From a virus, in IMG/VR virus record IMGVR_UViG_3300022777_000031, positions 10,204 to 74,203 of that record: a stretch of DNA of 64,000 bases, one strand, 5' to 3'. Positions within the stretch are counted from its first letter, which is position 1; each line of letters starts with the position of its first letter. The position numbers and the translations under genes were made by a program. The notes beneath the pieces were generated by a model. The model had not been told where the DNA came from. It ran no database searches and saw nothing but the letters and a program-made list of their open reading frames with translations. Positions 43,153 to 51,233 of this stretch are shown here, in pieces.

Positions 43153-43401
43153 ATGAATATGAAGGAATCGAAGCTTCGCAGTATCATTCGCGAAGAGCTT
43201 GTTCGCGAAAAAGTTGTCGACGTTGAACCGTACGACGGCGTTTCGCCAAAGGTTACAGGAACGTATGGTTCTTCGGAAGTCTCTGTTGAGGTTCGCCGGA
43301 AAGGTGCCGCTATTTTAACGTATAACGACAGAGGCAAACTTTTGAGCAAAGCGAAGCTCGGGCGGGAAGAAGCACAAGAAATAGCAAACGCATTGACATG
43401 A
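43153..43401 (+). CDS. LRxIIREE-module protein
   Basis: MNMKESKLRSIIREELVRE. Confidence 0.75.
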   Translation: MNMKESKLRSIIREELVREKVVDVEPYDGVSPKVTGTYGSSEVSVEVRRKGAAILTYNDRGKLLSKAKLGREEAQEIANALT

Positions 43402-44093
43402 AAGATTTAGTAGACGCAACAATTCGCTATCTTCAAAGGCAAGGGAAGAATGCAGAAGTTGTATCATCCCGGCGGCCTCCAACCAAACTTCGCGTTCAAG
43501 GTCATCAAGTGAAGATTGAGCCGCTTGAAGACCCGAGGGGCGTTTCAAGAAGGGTTCGTGTTCATGTGTTTGATACTGCAGGCGGCCGGGGCGGGCCGAA
43601 GCTTGGAAGTCGGGACGTAACAAAAAGTGGAAAAGAGATTGCGGACGCCATTATTGGAATTCTGAACAGAAGAGTAAGTGAATCACAGCTACGACAACTT
43701 ATTCGAGAAGAAGCCCGGCGGCTCACGGAAAGCCGAAGGTACAGGTCTTCGGAGTTCATCGATGATCTCGTTGCCGGTGTTGGCGACGAGCACATGGGCT
43801 ACAAAGTAGAAAAGGGAGAAAAAAGCACTGTTCGCCTTTCCGCCAGCTCTTCTGCAGGACAGCGGATTGAAGTCCGGGCAACTCCCTTCTTTCAGGGACG
43901 AACAGAAGATATGACGGTTTCAGTTTCCATCAATGGGGATATAGTAAGAGCGGGTAAGATGGCGTTCTACGGAGAGTCAATGGTAGAGAAGATTGAGGAA
44001 GGGCGGCTTGAAAGTGCGGCGGCGATGTACAAAGACGCAATCGCACCCGTGCTTGAAGCAGGATATGGACTTGCCAAAATCCGACAGGTATGA
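43398..44093 (+). CDS. LRxIIREE-module protein (internal module)
   Basis: VSESQLRQLIREEARRLTE. Confidence 0.7.
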   Translation: MKDLVDATIRYLQRQGKNAEVVSSRRPPTKLRVQGHQVKIEPLEDPRGVSRRVRVHVFDTAGGRGGPKLGSRDVTKSGKEIADAIIGILNRRVSESQLRQLIREEARRLTESRRYRSSEFIDDLVAGVGDEHMGYKVEKGEKSTVRLSASSSAGQRIEVRATPFFQGRTEDMTVSVSINGDIVRAGKMAFYGESMVEKIEEGRLESAAAMYKDAIAPVLEAGYGLAKIRQV

Positions 44094-44443
44094 CTCCTGA
44101 AGCATCACAAGACCTTCAAGCGTATTTCGGAATGAATCTCTTCGGAGATGAAGAGGAAGAACAAACAGATAACGATATGGAAGAGCAAAAACTACGACGT
44201 GTTGTACGAGAGGAAATCAAAGGCGTACTTCAAGAGTACGGCACCGACGCTGATCCAGGCCAGGCGACGGCCGCTTCTGGAGGTGGTCCGGGCACTGATT
44301 GGTTTTACATCGCCCGCCTTATGAGCGATCTCGATCAAAATCGGCGTGAAATCAAGGACATCGGCCAGAAAGAAGTTGGCGGGGAGACTGTTCATGAGTT
44401 CGCTATGCAGGACAAGGTGTTTCAGATCCGCAAGGTACGATGA
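44090..44443 (+). CDS. LRxIIREE-module protein
   Basis: MEEQKLRRVVREEIKGVLQE. Confidence 0.7.
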   Translation: MTPEASQDLQAYFGMNLFGDEEEEQTDNDMEEQKLRRVVREEIKGVLQEYGTDADPGQATAASGGGPGTDWFYIARLMSDLDQNRREIKDIGQKEVGGETVHEFAMQDKVFQIRKVR

Positions 44444-45517
44444 TAAAAGAAGGAACTTGGGCAGCGCCATATAGTGAAGGGGACGCCGAACAGTTGCGTC
44501 AAGCCATGAATCGGCCTATGGGGCCGGAAGAGTATAAAGACCAGTTTGACGATATTCTCGGCACCGACGAGCTTTACGACAGGCTTCGCCACTACGACAA
44601 AGGAACAGACATTCGGCACGTCGTCGCTGACTATATTCGTGACGACATTCTCAAGGGCTTTGACGCGTCCGATTGGGACGGCCAATGGGACGATAAAGCG
44701 CTTCGCATTCTAAGAGACATAGCAAGAAAAAGAACCGTGGAACAGCTTGACAGAAACCGACTTCAAAATCTCATTCGTGAAGAGCTGCAGAAGCTCAATG
44801 AGCTTGGCATTGATCGTGGCTTTCTCAACGGGTTCGCTGAAGAGCTTGAGCACATCACAGGCAACAAGGCGTACCCCAAGGATGACGTTCCCGGCAACGA
44901 AGACGTCGTGAACTACAACGGCAAGCTTGATATTTACTTTCGAAGCGGGGGAGCACGTGGAGGACGCACCGATGACGTTTCGATTCAGATTTACGGTCGC
45001 AGCGGAAATGTTCGCTCTGGATTTACGGCTCCGAATGATCCAGAGGAAGCGGCGGAGCGAACCGCAGAAGAGCTAAACAAAATCAACGAAATGAAGCTTA
45101 CAGAAAGCATGCTTCGATCCATCATTCGAGAAGAGCTTTCCCGACTGAACGAGTATGGAGCCGAGAACCTTGAAGGCGCAGAACTTGGAGGAATGCACAC
45201 TCAAGACTTCCTTGACGCTCTGGCAAAAGAGATTGAGAGCGAAACCGGAAGGGGACGCGATTCCAGTTCCTGCAGGACGAACTGCTGGAATGGGCGTGAC
45301 CGCTGACGTTTCCGAAGACGATATCATCATCTTTGAGGGAAGAAATCAAAACGTATACATTAGCGTTGAAGCGTCCAAGTCTGGAATCGCAGGAAGTCTG
45401 CGCACAGGAAACGGTGAGATTCTGAGATCCTTCGGGGCGGCGCCGAGCGGTGGCAACACTCCGGGAGCGATTGCTTATCGAATCCTTGGGGCTCTTCGAG
45501 ATGTTGGAGAAGCGTAA
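44440..45517 (+). CDS. Polyprotein-like LRxIIREE-module protein with two internal modules; apparent +1 frameshift at 45250-45254
   Basis: RLQNLIREELQKLNE and MKLTESMLRSIIREELSRLNE; frame 0 stops at 45306 and a plausible sequence continues in +1 (DAIPVPAG...) to 45517. Confidence 0.6.
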
Positions 45518-45531
45518 AAACTAAATTTGAT

Positions 45532-46068
45532 ATGAGCGAACAAAAGCTACGACACAAAATCCGAAGCCTCATCAAAGAGGAAGCCGAGGAAGAGGAAGTA
45601 ATCCAAGGCGAAGAGCACGACGAGGAAGAAGACCCCGAAGAGCGTGTTGGCGTTGAAAACGCCGAAAGTGGCAACCAGTATAAAGTTCGCCGCTCTTTCG
45701 CCTTTGAAAATCCGCAGCGGTATAACAAAATCCGTGAAGCGGTTCGAAGCACGATCAAAGACGTGCTTCATGAAGCGGGTGCTCAAACCAACATGTTCGG
45801 CACGTCCGCAAAGGGTAATCCCCGAGAGGCAATCCGAAAGGCAGACCGATTCGAGATTCATACAGAGATGCCAGAAGACTTTGGCAAGCACTTCGAGAGC
45901 TACGACCTCAAAGAAATCGTCGAGTGGCTTGAAGGACACGCCCGGCGAGGCAGCAGTGCCGACGAGTATGAGGTGACTGCTTACCAAGGCCGAACAGTTC
46001 TCGAAGTGATTCCAGGACAAAAGTTTCTACAACTCGCACGAAATACAGACCTAACAGCAAGACCATAA
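45532..46068 (+). CDS. LRxIIREE-module protein
   Basis: MSEQKLRHKIRSLIKEE and KIREAVRSTIKDVLHE. Confidence 0.7.
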   Translation: MSEQKLRHKIRSLIKEEAEEEEVIQGEEHDEEEDPEERVGVENAESGNQYKVRRSFAFENPQRYNKIREAVRSTIKDVLHEAGAQTNMFGTSAKGNPREAIRKADRFEIHTEMPEDFGKHFESYDLKEIVEWLEGHARRGSSADEYEVTAYQGRTVLEVIPGQKFLQLARNTDLTARP

Positions 46069-46072
46069 AGTT

Positions 46073-46360
46073 ATGACAGAACTTCAATCCCAAAGTGATT
46101 TTCAGCAAGCAATCCAAGACTGCGTTATCGTCGACTTCTATGCCGAGTGGTGCGGCCCCTGTCGCCAGATGGCACCGATGCTTGAGGAGGTGGACGCAAA
46201 CATTGCGAAGCTCGACGTCGACGAGAATCCGGAGCTTGCTCAAGAATACAGTGTTATGAGCCTTCCCACACTTGTTCTCTTCAATGACGGCGAAGAGGTT
46301 GAGAGGGTCGTTGGCGTTCAGAAAAAGGGTGATATCGAATCTCTCTATCAAAGCTGCTAG
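46073..46360 (+). CDS. trxA: Thioredoxin
   Basis: VDFYAEWCGPC..MSLPTL. Confidence 0.95.
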   Translation: MTELQSQSDFQQAIQDCVIVDFYAEWCGPCRQMAPMLEEVDANIAKLDVDENPELAQEYSVMSLPTLVLFNDGEEVERVVGVQKKGDIESLYQSC

Positions 46361-46363
46361 TAA

Positions 46364-46747
46364 ATGAAGCTCAAGGAAGCACTGAAAGAACGTATTAGAG
46401 AGCGGGTTCTGCAAGAGACGACGGGCCTATCTGCGTATCAGAGCGGTTCGTCAAACTCTGCGCGTTGGACGCCACCTGGAAAAGAGAAGGTGCTTTCTGT
46501 TCCGCAGCTTTCGGGATATTATCAAGTAGAGAGGCCAGTTGCCGATGATCCAATGCCAGCAGATAGTGTGGCTGATGGTCCGGACACAGACCTTTCCAGC
46601 GGTGTCGGTGTGAAGTATAACAACAAAGTGATACGTGATGACGACGGCCAGCTTACCGCTTCTGGAATGCCCGGTGAAGCGTTCGCCAGCCCAAAAGATT
46701 ATGTCGATGCACACGACACAGAAGAAGAAAATGAAGCAACTGCATAA
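46364..46747 (+). CDS. LRxIIREE-like module protein
   Basis: MKLKEALKERIRERVLQE. Confidence 0.65.
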   Translation: MKLKEALKERIRERVLQETTGLSAYQSGSSNSARWTPPGKEKVLSVPQLSGYYQVERPVADDPMPADSVADGPDTDLSSGVGVKYNNKVIRDDDGQLTASGMPGEAFASPKDYVDAHDTEEENEATA

Positions 46748-46757
46748 ACAAAATACA

Positions 46758-47186
46758 ATGAATAAGATACGAAACAAAATCCGAAGTCTCATTCGCGAAG
46801 AACTTAATTACAAAGGAAGTGGAAACCAACCTGCAAGAGGAACAGCGAACTCGTATCTTCAACGGTTCCTGAAGGAAATTTTTCAGAAATTGGCTTCACA
46901 GCTTCAATCAACGTATGATATTAATTTTTCAGATGTGGTTGAGGGGCGCCTTGCTCTGAGCACTGAATTTGAAGTGTATAATAGTCGTCAAGACAGATTT
47001 TACGACGGCGAGATGCACGTTTTCATTTACGATGACGACATTGTAAGCGTTGAAGTGAATGGGGGTCCAAAAGGATCTACGATTTCCGAGATGAACGAAA
47101 TTATCAGTCGTGATTTCGGATTCGACGAAAAGATTGTTTCACAAGTCAACATCGTTTCCGCAATGCAGACCCTTGCAGGTAGGTAA
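46758..47186 (+). CDS. LRxIIREE-module protein
   Basis: MNKIRNKIRSLIREELN. Confidence 0.7.
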   Translation: MNKIRNKIRSLIREELNYKGSGNQPARGTANSYLQRFLKEIFQKLASQLQSTYDINFSDVVEGRLALSTEFEVYNSRQDRFYDGEMHVFIYDDDIVSVEVNGGPKGSTISEMNEIISRDFGFDEKIVSQVNIVSAMQTLAGR

Positions 47187-47227
47187 ATCATATATAACAC
47201 ACAGACACACAAAAACAACAAACCGCT

Positions 47228-47473
47228 ATGAAACTTACTGAAAGCAAACTCCGAAAGATCGTACGTGAAGAGCTGCAAAAAATCGCGAAGAAGCAGCAAA
47301 TGAATGAGCTTTCCTACCGTGAAGATAAGATGCGAGAGCTTCTTTCTCGTGAGCCGAAGCTGGAAAGAATTCGCCGGGAGGCAGGACACGACCTCAAGCG
47401 AATGTTCAACCAGTACGTCAAGCGCAATAAGGAAATGAAGCGCAAGTACAAACAAGCATCTCCACAATCATAA
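47228..47473 (+). CDS. LRxIIREE-module protein
   Basis: MKLTESKLRKIVREELQKI. Confidence 0.75.
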   Translation: MKLTESKLRKIVREELQKIAKKQQMNELSYREDKMRELLSREPKLERIRREAGHDLKRMFNQYVKRNKEMKRKYKQASPQS

Positions 47474-47790
47474 TGAAACTGACTGAAAGCAAACTTCGCG
47501 ACATCATTCGAGAAGAGCTTTCCCGGCTCAACGAGGCCGGAATGATGACAACCCGTGAGTGGATTGACCGCTTCGTGAATGCTCTTCACCAGGAGGGCGC
47601 GCAAGATGTTCGTGCTCCACGCGAGAACGAGCTTGAAGCGGACGGCCAGCTCATTGAGATTGACCCGAAGCATCGAGACAACATGGTTCACATCACAATC
47701 CGTGGAAGCATGGGCGATCGACATGAACGAGTCATTGGCCGCATGGGCGCTCCCCGTGAGGCCGCAAAAGAAATAATGCGTAAACTATGA
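47473..47790 (+). CDS. LRxIIREE-module protein
   Basis: MKLTESKLRDIIREELSRLNE. Confidence 0.75.
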   Translation: MKLTESKLRDIIREELSRLNEAGMMTTREWIDRFVNALHQEGAQDVRAPRENELEADGQLIEIDPKHRDNMVHITIRGSMGDRHERVIGRMGAPREAAKEIMRKL

Positions 47791-48176
47791 AACTAACAGA
47801 GCAAAGACTACGACAAATCATTCGAGAAGAGCTTCGTGAAGTCCGTTCCACGCCAGCGACTTCCGAACGCGGCGAGTTGATTGACAGGATCACTCCAGTT
47901 ATCGAAAGGATGGATGAAACTCGCTTGCGCCAGGAGCTTCTCGGCTTTGGGTTTGAGCGGTTTGCTGACATTCTGAAGTATATCGACCGCCACCACAACC
48001 TTCTGGACGAGCCGGTTCCACAATCCCGGTTCAACCGAGAAGAAGTCCGAAACAAACTCGTTCGATTCGCTGAACGGTACATGCGAGTTTTGGGCAAGAC
48101 GGAGTTTGCTCAAGAGTTCATGAAGGCAGTTTCTATGGACCAGCTTCGAGCATTCGCCGATCAACTTCGAGTATAA
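47787..48176 (+). CDS. LRxIIREE-module protein
   Basis: MKLTEQRLRQIIREELRE. Confidence 0.75.
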   Translation: MKLTEQRLRQIIREELREVRSTPATSERGELIDRITPVIERMDETRLRQELLGFGFERFADILKYIDRHHNLLDEPVPQSRFNREEVRNKLVRFAERYMRVLGKTEFAQEFMKAVSMDQLRAFADQLRV

Positions 48177-48193
48177 CACAAAACAAAACCGAT

Positions 48194-48574
48194 ATGAGCA
48201 ATCTACGTAAAGTCATTCAAGAAGAGCTTTCCAACATTCTTCAGTCCGTTGAGCAAACGGATCAAGAGATGGCAAGTCGAAAACGTAAAGACCGCATGAA
48301 AAAGATCGACAACGCCGAAACCGAAGAGCAGTGGTACAAAAACGAGTCGGACGGAAATGTTCGAGATCAAATCCGACAAATCGTTGCTGAAGAGTACCAG
48401 ACGCTTCGTGACGAGCCGGAAACTTCAATTGAGTACCGATCTGGAATTCGTGAATTTGAAATTGGCGATACTTCTGATCGGTGGTATATGGACGACGACG
48501 GTGAAGTGGATACCGAAAAGATTGAAGAAGTGGCAAAAGTGGCGACGACAAAGCTTCTTCAAGAGATGGAATGA
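48194..48574 (+). CDS. LRxIIREE-module protein
   Basis: MSNLRKVIQEEL and internal IRQIVAEE. Confidence 0.7.
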   Translation: MSNLRKVIQEELSNILQSVEQTDQEMASRKRKDRMKKIDNAETEEQWYKNESDGNVRDQIRQIVAEEYQTLRDEPETSIEYRSGIREFEIGDTSDRWYMDDDGEVDTEKIEEVAKVATTKLLQEME

Positions 48575-48592
48575 ACAACCAATGAAATAACC

Positions 48593-48952
48593 ATGAAACT
48601 AACAGAATCAAAACTACGGTCCATAATTCTCGAAGAACTTTCACGAATCAATGAAGAGCTTTCTGGGGAACGAAGAGAAAGAGTAGCCCGAATGGTAGAA
48701 AAGGCTGTTGACTATCTTGGTCTTCCGTACCAAAGAAACACAGCTGGCAACCATAGCTCGGGAGAAATTGAATTCGTCAATAACTCTGATAGTGCAGGGT
48801 TTTTTGTAAGGGAAGCTGGAAGTGACCAAATTGAAATTGTAGGTAGAGGTCGCGGGTATAGAGAAGGAGGAACGAAGGTGGTTCTTACAGATGTGCAAAC
48901 AGTTGCTGATGCAATTGAAGACGAGCCGCTTGCAGAGCGCCGTCGCCGATAG
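48593..48952 (+). CDS. LRxIIREE-module protein
   Basis: MKLTESKLRSIILEELSRINE. Confidence 0.75.
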   Translation: MKLTESKLRSIILEELSRINEELSGERRERVARMVEKAVDYLGLPYQRNTAGNHSSGEIEFVNNSDSAGFFVREAGSDQIEIVGRGRGYREGGTKVVLTDVQTVADAIEDEPLAERRRR

Positions 48953-49017
48953 AAAGAGCCTGCTCTGGGACGTGGGCAAGCTCCAAGACATTACTAACAA
49001 CAAGCAAAACAACTATT

Positions 49018-49410
49018 ATGAGACTCACGAAAAGTAAACTTCGCGGTATTATCCGGGAAGAGCTTTCACGGTTGACCGAAGATGTCGATGCAGACTCTGT
49101 GCTCGACGACATAAAATCGTTTCGGCTTCCCAAGTCTGGAGGGCGAAGCAACGTTGTGGACACAGACATAGACAAACGAAGACCGGGAATTGGATTCAAC
49201 ATTTACTTTCGGAGTTGGGGCGATTGGGAAAGTAGAAACTATTTGGAGACCGAAAGCCTGCGCAAAGCCGAAAACGCGTGGCAATCGTTCGTAGAGAGGC
49301 AGTCTTGGAGCAAGTATATTGTAAAAGCTGACGTTTACGAAGAAGAAAAACAGTATATCCGGTGTTCGGTATACCTGAAACCTGAAGTCGTTTCCGAAAT
49401 GCCTACGTAG
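49018..49410 (+). CDS. LRxIIREE-module protein
   Basis: MRLTKSKLRGIIREELSRLTE. Confidence 0.75.
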   Translation: MRLTKSKLRGIIREELSRLTEDVDADSVLDDIKSFRLPKSGGRSNVVDTDIDKRRPGIGFNIYFRSWGDWESRNYLETESLRKAENAWQSFVERQSWSKYIVKADVYEEEKQYIRCSVYLKPEVVSEMPT

Positions 49411-49498
49411 GACAATCTTGCGGCACAGGGCATAAAGCCCACAATCTTCAACTTTCCGATACTCGGCATGAATGCGGGTTCGACTCCCGTCGTAGGCA
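49401..49498 (+). tRNA. tRNA-like element / pseudo-tRNA (possibly degenerate Leu-TAA); no encoded CCA
   Basis: Perfect acceptor GCCTACG/CGTAGGC plus discriminator A; canonical T arm GCGGG-TTCGACT-CCCGT; non-canonical D and anticodon arms (GGG-CATAAAG-CCC); variable-arm-like CCGA-TAC-TCGG. Confidence 0.5.
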
Positions 49499-49544
49499 CT
49501 TTTCATAAGGGTTTCATTCTGGATTTTCATACTCTCTTCTATTT

Positions 49545-49585
49545 ATGGGTGCGGTGGCCGCCAAGAGCCATCGTGCCCGTTTTTT
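49545..49585 (+). terminator. Intrinsic terminator (G-U-rich stem)
   Basis: ATGGGTGCGGTGGC/GCCATCGTGCCCGT followed by a T tract. Confidence 0.6.
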
Positions 49586-49612
49586 ATTGAATGAACGAAA
49601 CCAAACTCAGTT

Positions 49613-50380
49613 ATGGACGTCAAATCCAAACCAGTCGATCTTCCGAGCGAAGGATACTTTTATCCAGAGGATCACCCGCTCGCGAAAGGCACAATCGAGA
49701 TTCGCCACATGACGGCGAAAGACGAGGACATTCTGACCGACGAACAGCTCATTCAGCGAGGTGAGGCGATCGACAAGCTTCTCGAAAACGTTATTGTCGA
49801 GGAAGGTGTGGATCTCGACGACGTGCTTAACGGAGACGTGGGCGGCATTATGCTCGCTACACGTATTCTTGCTTACGGTCCAGAGTATGCTTTTGAGACC
49901 GAATGCCCGGTGTGTGAAAAGCAAAACCAAAAAAGCGCTGATCTCACCGAAATCCAGAGTAAGGAAGTTCCGTTCGAAGACTTCGAGCCTCACCAGACGA
50001 GGTTCCAGACGACACTTCCGGTTACGGGAGCAAACGTGACTTTCAAGCTACTCACTCGTGGAGACGTTCAGCAAATCAACTCAGAGCTTGACCGGGTGAA
50101 GCGAAATGCGAATAAGAAGTCGGAGGGACCGCAAGTTTCGACAAACATGACCACGAGGCTTCGGCACTTGATCGAAGACTTCAACGGAGAGTCCAGCATG
50201 AAGGAAATCCGTGAGTTCGTCGACAACTTGCCCGCCAAAGACAGCCTTGCACTTCGCAAAGAGGTGAGTCGGATCAATCCAGACCTCGACCTTGAACACG
50301 AGTTCATATGTGACTTTTGCGGTCATTCGGAGTTCATGAACATCCCGTTGGATGAAACATTTTTTTTTCCTACCGAATGA
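49613..50380 (+). CDS. Tail assembly chaperone / baseplate hub assembly protein (gp26-like)
   Basis: VDLPSEGYFY..IEIRHMTAKDEDILT..CPVC..CDFC..FFFP; upstream of the tape measure gene. Confidence 0.8.
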   Translation: MDVKSKPVDLPSEGYFYPEDHPLAKGTIEIRHMTAKDEDILTDEQLIQRGEAIDKLLENVIVEEGVDLDDVLNGDVGGIMLATRILAYGPEYAFETECPVCEKQNQKSADLTEIQSKEVPFEDFEPHQTRFQTTLPVTGANVTFKLLTRGDVQQINSELDRVKRNANKKSEGPQVSTNMTTRLRHLIEDFNGESSMKEIREFVDNLPAKDSLALRKEVSRINPDLDLEHEFICDFCGHSEFMNIPLDETFFFPTE

Positions 50381-50921
50381 CCATATGCCGAAAGTCTTTC
50401 GGTCGATTGCTCGCCTCATTTATTATAGCAACGGTGGTTTCTCGTTTCAAGAGCTTTATGGAGGAATGCCGGTCTATGTTCGGCGCTACATGATTGGGGA
50501 GATTGAAGACATCAAGCAAAGCGAGAAAGAGGCCATGGAAGGCGGAGGAAGCAGCGGTGGAAGTGGCCCCGGAGAGAAAGCCAGCTCCGAAGACATCGGG
50601 CGGGCTATGGAAGAGCTTCAAAAACGAAGCGGCGAAGAGCAAGCCGACGAAGACGTTCTCAAGCAAGTGTTTGGAGACGAAGAAGAACGGGACCGCAAAG
50701 AACCGGATCGGCAACAACCGAAAAGAAGAAAACCGCCACAGAAAAACCAACCACGGCGAGCCGAAAGAGAGCAACAGCGGCGGCAGCAGCAACAAAACCC
50801 CGAACGGCGCCAAGAGCAAGAGCCGAAGAAGCAGGAAGAGCAACAGCAAAAAGAGCAGGCAGATCCAGCCAAGGCTGAAGATCTGGAACAGATGCTTGAT
50901 AAGCTGCAGTCGGATATGTGA
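50352..50921 (+). CDS. Tail assembly chaperone C-terminal extension (probable frameshift partner) with a Q/E/R low-complexity tail
   Basis: Overlaps the previous ORF at the T9 run 50360-50368; IARLIYYSNGGFSF.ELY.MPVYVRRY. Confidence 0.65.
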   Translation: MKHFFFLPNDHMPKVFRSIARLIYYSNGGFSFQELYGGMPVYVRRYMIGEIEDIKQSEKEAMEGGGSSGGSGPGEKASSEDIGRAMEELQKRSGEEQADEDVLKQVFGDEEERDRKEPDRQQPKRRKPPQKNQPRRAEREQQRRQQQQNPERRQEQEPKKQEEQQQKEQADPAKAEDLEQMLDKLQSDM

Positions 50922-50940
50922 TGACCCGAAAAAACGGGCC

Positions 50941-50980
50941 AATCCAGCAGTTTCCTTGACGGGGGCTGCTGGATTTTTTT
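50941..50980 (+). terminator. Intrinsic terminator
   Basis: AATCCAGCAG/CTGCTGGATT followed by a T tract. Confidence 0.75.
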
Positions 50981-51021
50981 GTTGAAGGCTATTTATCGAT
51001 GAACAAGTTGGATAGAATCAA

Positions 51022-51216
51022 ATGGCAAATAAGAACCTTGGAGAGCTGCTACACGCTTTCCTGCATGATTTCAGCGAAGAAGAGCAACTACGCGTCGTAA
51101 AGCGAGTTGAGAAAGACAACAGAAAGGCAGGCAGAATTTTGAGGCGCGCCTATGAAATGCAGAGGGCTGGAGAAGAGGCTCGTGAAATCGCTGATAAGAT
51201 TGACGACCTCCTGTAG
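51022..51216 (+). CDS. Small hypothetical protein
   Basis: 64 aa, just before the tape measure gene. Confidence 0.55.
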   Translation: MANKNLGELLHAFLHDFSEEEQLRVVKRVEKDNRKAGRILRRAYEMQRAGEEAREIADKIDDLL

Positions 51217-51233
51217 CAAAAACAGAAGTGTAA

